Origin: an uncultured Bacilli bacterium
Lineage (GTDB): Bacteria > Bacillota_I > Bacilli_A > RF39 > UBA660
Length of the DNA stretch: 38,369 nucleotides
Direction: 5' to 3'
Assembly (NCBI GenBank): GCA_947629075.1
Contig: CANRCI010000002.1
Span: forward strand, 1 to 38,369
The notes beneath the pieces were generated by a model, which was given only the letters and a program-made list of their open reading frames with translations, ran no database searches and had not been told where the DNA came from. Numbering within the stretch: the stretch's first letter is position 1; the number at the start of each line of letters is the position of its first letter. A program made the position numbers and the translations under genes. This document shows, one piece after another, positions 34,901-38,369 of this stretch.

Positions 34901-37900
34901 AACCCAATTCATATAAAGGCTAGTATCACTCCAGATGATCCAGATGACGATGTTAAAGTTAAGTCATTTGTAATGGAAGATGGTACTCCAGTAACGGCTT
35001 ATGAAGATAGTCCGTATTACATCAATATAAAGGCTCCTGATGAAGCTGGAAAGACGCCGTATAAAATTGAAAAATTGATATTATCAAACGATGTCGAAAT
35101 CAGTGCACCATTAGAATTTAATATCGATGTATTAAAAGATGTTCCATATATCAATAAACTTAACCTTAATGACGATAATCAATCTTTAAGTTATGAATTA
35201 GTCGATGCCGATGGAGCATTTGAAAACGGACAAATCGATATCCTTGATAAGAATGATGAAGTCTTTAAAACTGGTAAGGTAGAAAGTGGTAACGCTGTTA
35301 TCGAATATCCTGACAAGTTAAAAGATGGTGAAGTATATCAAGTTGAAGTTAAGGGTACTTATGATTTAGGTATCGATGAAGAAGATAAGAAATATCATTA
35401 TTGGGATAAAGAAATGTATAGTCATTCATTTATAATAGGTGGAGATTATAACTTTACGATAAGTGATGTATCTATCACTGATGCTCTTCAAAATGATGAA
35501 CACCCAGTTGTAACATTTACTAGTACTAACACTAGAGGAGCTAAAGTACAAAAAATTACTTTGAGTGGTAAGGAATATGATGTTACTAGTGTTGGAGGTA
35601 ACAATTACAAAGTTGTCTTAGATGATGCTGATATGGCTCCTGGAAAACATGAATTAACGCTAGATAAAGTCGTATTGGATACTTTAAAAACTTATAGTAA
35701 TAGTGATTATACAGTTAATACATTAACTTATACTGTTTTAAAAGAACCTCCTAAAGTAACAGATATTAATCTTACTGATAATAGTTCTAATAAAACGGTT
35801 ACAGCTAAATATAAATTAACTGATGACAATTACTCATTAACATCCTTAACAGTAGTACTTGTTGACTCTTCTGGTAAGATAGTTGCAAGTAGAGTGTTAA
35901 GTGCAGATGAAATGTACAGCTTAGCTACTAGTGGTGTAACTCTATCTTATGATAAGAACACTGACGGAAGATATAAAGTTAAATTCTTAGGTGATTATGA
36001 ACTAGGAGATAAATATCGATACAATAACCAAAATATTGGTGAAAATGAAATATTTATTAAAAATAGTGAAATTTATATCAATAATATTATCTTAAAGAAA
36101 TCTAAGTATGTCGCTAAAGGTCAAAGAAATTATGAAATAAGTTATGACGTTCACGTTGGCGGAAACATAAAGACCAATAATGGTAAAAATTATACTAGAC
36201 TTTCAGCTATTACTGTAAATGGTGTAACTTATATTGCAAACCAAGAGAAAGGTTACCAGTCAAAGATAGCTATTACGGCACCTAAAGAATCTGGTGTTCT
36301 AACATTGACGGCTAACAGAGTTCAATTAGAATTAAACTCTTATTATGATAAAGTAAATAATTATTATTCTGTACCAGAAAAAGAGATAAAAATCGAAGTA
36401 TTAAAAGACGTTCCTGAAATACAAAATTTAAAGATTACAGAAGAAAATTATGAAGAGAAAAAAGTTACTTTCGAGTTTGATGTAAAACTAGATGATAAAG
36501 CAGTAGAAAACGATGAAAGCTTCAAGAGTGGTTTTGTAACTCTTGGTAACGATCAACATTCTATTAATAGAGGTCATAATACTGTAACGTTTGAAAATGT
36601 TGAACAGGATACTAACCTTGACTTAATCTTCAAAGCAAGTTATGACTTGGATACTGATGCTCTTAACGAAGATGGTAAAGACGAAAACGAATACAACGAT
36701 CAAGAAATTTATAAGACTAAATATAGCTTGTTAAGTGAAGATAAATACGATTTAACTATCGTTGGTGGTGAAGCTGTAAGCGAAGATGACGATGAATACT
36801 TTGAAAAGAATGAAGATGTTAAATTAAAATTAAATATCATTGATGAGTTAAATGAATTAGGATTAACTCCTAAGAAAGTAATCATTGATAAAAAAGAGTA
36901 CGATTTAACTACAACAAAAGATGGTTATGAGATCATGCATGATGGCTATAAAACATTTGGAGAAAAAGACATCGTTATTACTGACGTTATTTTGAGTAAC
37001 GGTAAGACAGTTAAATTAGACGAACCATATACTATTAAATTACAAGTATTAAAAGATGTTCCAAAAATAACTGATTATAAATATGAAGTTAAAGATGGAA
37101 AGATAAATATCACATATAATTTAATAGATAATGATGGTGCGATTGTTGGAAAAGCACAAACTAAGGTATCAGATGAAAGTGGAAAAGACGTTTCATTTGA
37201 TGAGACTTATGCTAAAAAGATAACAATTACTAAAGATGAAGATGTATCGAGATATTACATTGAAATAGTTGCTGATTACGATAGAGATACTGATACTGAT
37301 GATAGCAGTGATAACTATCAAAAAGGCGTTAAATTATTAGATGAAATAATCTCGCTAGAAAAGAATTATGTAGAACTTAAAGATATTAATGATATTAACT
37401 TATACTTGGTAGAAACTGATAAGAGTGGCGAAGAAAAGATAACTCTTGTCGATGAAGTATCTAAAGAAACTTTAGAGAAGAATCTAAAAAATTACTTCGT
37501 GGAAATCAATATGGAAAGTATGCCAAGTATTAGAACGACGATCAAATCTGTTAAAGAAGTAAATAATCATTTGATATTAGTTCTAAATTACGAGTATGTA
37601 ACTGCTGATGGTTCTGAAATTGATGGATTAGAAATTGATTTCGGAGAAATCAAAGACGGTGTTGCAACTAATGAAACGCATCCTGACAAAGCTTTCAAAG
37701 CATTACTTGCTAAACTTAGAAAAAATGAAAGTGTAACTTTGACTAAGAGTTATGACGCTAGTAGTATCGAGGATGATTCTAGTGTTAGTTATTACATCGA
37801 ATCATACTCTGGAACTTTAGATGGTAATGGATTTACGATTAAAAATCTAAATAAACCACTATTCAACAAGATTAATGGTGCAACTATCAAGGATATTAAA

Positions 37901-38369
37901 TTCCAAGATGTTACTATGCCATCAAATTCTGGACGAGGAACAGTTGCAGCTGATGCTGAAGGTTCACATTTAGAGAATGTTTTAGTTGAAAATTATTATA
38001 AACAAAACAAAGAAGGACAGGTTGGAATCTTATTAGGAACAGCTAAAAATACAACTATTACTTCTTGTAAGGCAACTAACTTTAACATTAATGCTGGATG
38101 GGATAACTTACAACAAATTGGTGGATTCGTTGGAAGTGCCAACACTGTAACAATTAAAAATAGTTATGCTGTAGGTAAAATTCCTGGTGGATGGAACTAT
38201 AGAGGTGGTCTAGTAGGTAACTCTAGCAACTCTACATTCGAAAATAACTACGTAAAAGTGGATATCGGTTATGGTATGGGTAACTCAATGGCCTATGACT
38301 TAGCTGGTGGTAGTAATAATATTGCTAAAAATAACATCAGTTTAACTACTGGTTTCAAACACAATGTTT
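31940..38369 (+). CDS. Giant modular cell-surface protein, 5' portion (more than 2,143 codons; 3' end outside window): signal peptide, cohesin-like domain, TM hairpin, dockerin-type Ca loops, 7 repeat modules, GLUG-motif region
   Basis: Translated by hand from ATG 31940 (in-frame TGA at 31931) through about 34560 and checked at all seven module anchors and the 3' end; no stops seen. The track lists no + ORF here because no stop occurs in the window, and shows only three short antisense ORFs. Signal peptide MSRKIKYLIVLILSIVLLPLNVYA/AED. Confidence 0.85.
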   Translation, partial: MSRKIKYLIVLILSIVLLPLNVYAAEDVALKVDKTELKAGDAVTVTVDLNYSDSLYAFTTALSFDENVFEVPEVQNFKEQGEWSDVTYNKDNKKFALLNKSGEAKEHLLTVKLFVKDNPVSGETEISLNNPVASDGEKDINFNNASATVTIKKTGKEGQASYSKKDETDQNVKTVRTFKPFIIVGSVSVVLLFVAIVLVNSGLLKKSLIKDDNKKTTNIVLIVLLLVALAITVLLVILNGDRGDINGDGKKDYEDAKNINEYLIDIYNDEDDEVDKKEVSDKTSKTDKEKQATKVTSANDIKKFDVNNDGKITITDVAQQVKDTTKKTNYKVELKQGKIDYYPNKKESVKLNFTAKITPNNVQIKEVYINGKKTKVSLDGKTYSVTVKASSKAGIEEFKITKVVLTNGREIDTKDLTFTVDVLKDNPKVENFNYSIEKHNLSFTIEDADKALKNAYIKIIKGEAKISDFNTKDPEIVVPDDVDPDDEDSDVKQPDDFEPKEVVFEQKIDVNKKNISIDLDLDLGETYTVLITGSYDLDTNKLDIKSNNYQDQELYFGTFLNGQVKIRTLTDLENLYPEQGEMVILPFEVDIQPNTLSQIISKVVLDGVEQDVAYDDGRYFVVLDSADSAGEKSHTISSIILDDNTRILCNYEIVYDVLKKEPNFANFVYYDSEGKVTFKLDDVDGAISDAKMIITKKDESDPVFEKDLNLNAKTFEYNVKLDKGSKYDVKINGHYDLDEDKDNDKNDYTGTLATHELTVYKIELSHAGSSVYHANKGDEVELKFNTVVTPNDNGGAVTRLTINGKDYSRVNRYEDEGNVTYGVVIDAPDVAGIKEYKIDEVTLGDEAVRQNLSFDVDVLKDVPTIENLYIDETKAEPVVTFDIIDNDNALKENSGETVVRKNKSDDGTKFNVQKGENTVSLKTLSEQLNEGGIFYMDVKVNYDLDSDKENGKNEDSKLLVDDHIIKIYKAKLELASKDKYYFKKEETNPIHIKASITPDDPDDDVKVKSFVMEDGTPVTAYEDSPYYINIKAPDEAGKTPYKIEKLILSNDVEISAPLEFNIDVLKDVPYINKLNLNDDNQSLSYELVDADGAFENGQIDILDKNDEVFKTGKVESGNAVIEYPDKLKDGEVYQVEVKGTYDLGIDEEDKKYHYWDKEMYSHSFIIGGDYNFTISDVSITDALQNDEHPVVTFTSTNTRGAKVQKITLSGKEYDVTSVGGNNYKVVLDDADMAPGKHELTLDKVVLDTLKTYSNSDYTVNTLTYTVLKEPPKVTDINLTDNSSNKTVTAKYKLTDDNYSLTSLTVVLVDSSGKIVASRVLSADEMYSLATSGVTLSYDKNTDGRYKVKFLGDYELGDKYRYNNQNIGENEIFIKNSEIYINNIILKKSKYVAKGQRNYEISYDVHVGGNIKTNNGKNYTRLSAITVNGVTYIANQEKGYQSKIAITAPKESGVLTLTANRVQLELNSYYDKVNNYYSVPEKEIKIEVLKDVPEIQNLKITEENYEEKKVTFEFDVKLDDKAVENDESFKSGFVTLGNDQHSINRGHNTVTFENVEQDTNLDLIFKASYDLDTDALNEDGKDENEYNDQEIYKTKYSLLSEDKYDLTIVGGEAVSEDDDEYFEKNEDVKLKLNIIDELNELGLTPKKVIIDKKEYDLTTTKDGYEIMHDGYKTFGEKDIVITDVILSNGKTVKLDEPYTIKLQVLKDVPKITDYKYEVKDGKINITYNLIDNDGAIVGKAQTKVSDESGKDVSFDETYAKKITITKDEDVSRYYIEIVADYDRDTDTDDSSDNYQKGVKLLDEIISLEKNYVELKDINDINLYLVETDKSGEEKITLVDEVSKETLEKNLKNYFVEINMESMPSIRTTIKSVKEVNNHLILVLNYEYVTADGSEIDGLEIDFGEIKDGVATNETHPDKAFKALLAKLRKNESVTLTKSYDASSIEDDSSVSYYIESYSGTLDGNGFTIKNLNKPLFNKINGATIKDIKFQDVTMPSNSGRGTVAADAEGSHLENVLVENYYKQNKEGQVGILLGTAKNTTITSCKATNFNINAGWDNLQQIGGFVGSANTVTIKNSYAVGKIPGGWNYRGGLVGNSSNSTFENNYVKVDIGYGMGNSMAYDLAGGSNNIAKNNISLTTGFKHNV
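32930..37700 (+). repeat. Seven tandem in-frame modules (603-705 nt) within the giant ORF
   Basis: The anchor motif V-L-K-[DKE]-x-P has its Val codon at 33203, 33908, 34511, 35129, 35735, 36398 and 37046. Each module also carries a G-x-YDLD-x-D segment and an ING/LSG-K-x-Y segment. Confidence 0.85.

Noticed and set aside
17043-37700. Tandem repeats as a possible CRISPR array or non-coding satellite
   Set aside because: All repeat arrays (17043-18310, 20740-21605, 32930-37700) are in frame within long ORFs. Their periods are multiples of 3 and conservation is at protein level. There is no short repeat/spacer structure and no cas genes.
1-38369. Possibility of a Mollicutes-type genetic code (TGA = Trp), given the very AT-rich sequence
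   Set aside because: TGA terminates the RDD gene (2684-2686), ftsX (12583-12585), peptidase B (23623-23625) and the phosphoesterase gene (28590-28592). It is also the regulatory stop in the prfB frameshift site. The presence of RF2 itself argues for code 11.

Overview
Visibly AT-rich segment of a low-GC Gram-positive (Bacillota-type) chromosome. It uses the standard bacterial code: TGA ends several genes and is the prfB frameshift stop. All but one gene are on the + strand. (1) nt 1-16.4 kb is a housekeeping block: ftsH 3' end, small membrane ORF, dusB, RDD-family protein, lysS, YfcC-family transporter, clpC-like AAA+ unfoldase, prfB (with its +1 frameshift, missed by the ORF track), two tandem YitT-family genes, ftsE-ftsX-M23 peptidase, nfeD-SPFH, and a GT2 glycosyltransferase. 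(2) nt 16.47-26.04 kb is the most interesting part: a seven-gene cell-surface operon. It encodes a membrane-anchored protein with 7 Cys4/His-rich repeats, two ER/archaeal-type (SipW-like) signal peptidases, two small TasA/camelysin-like subunits, a 1,014-aa Big_2/cadherin-like protein whose C-terminus resembles the small subunit, and a 578-aa orphan. Four of these proteins share an N-terminal helix followed by an [AS]-K-Y motif. I read this as a duplicated peptidase/subunit/large-partner module for an uncharacterised extracellular fibre or adhesin; that is inference. (3) nt 26.05-31.5 kb holds a 31-codon leader ORF plus terminator ahead of an ABC exporter, a YfcE-like phosphoesterase, two convergent unknown proteins and an ASCH protein. 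(4) From nt 31940 to the window end runs one uninterrupted frame of more than 2,143 codons. The ORF track omits it because no stop lies inside the window. It encodes a giant surface protein: signal peptide, cohesin-like domain, TM hairpin, two dockerin-type Ca loops, seven 201-235-aa modules and GLUG-motif repeats. I found no rRNA, tRNA, CRISPR, transposase or integrase.
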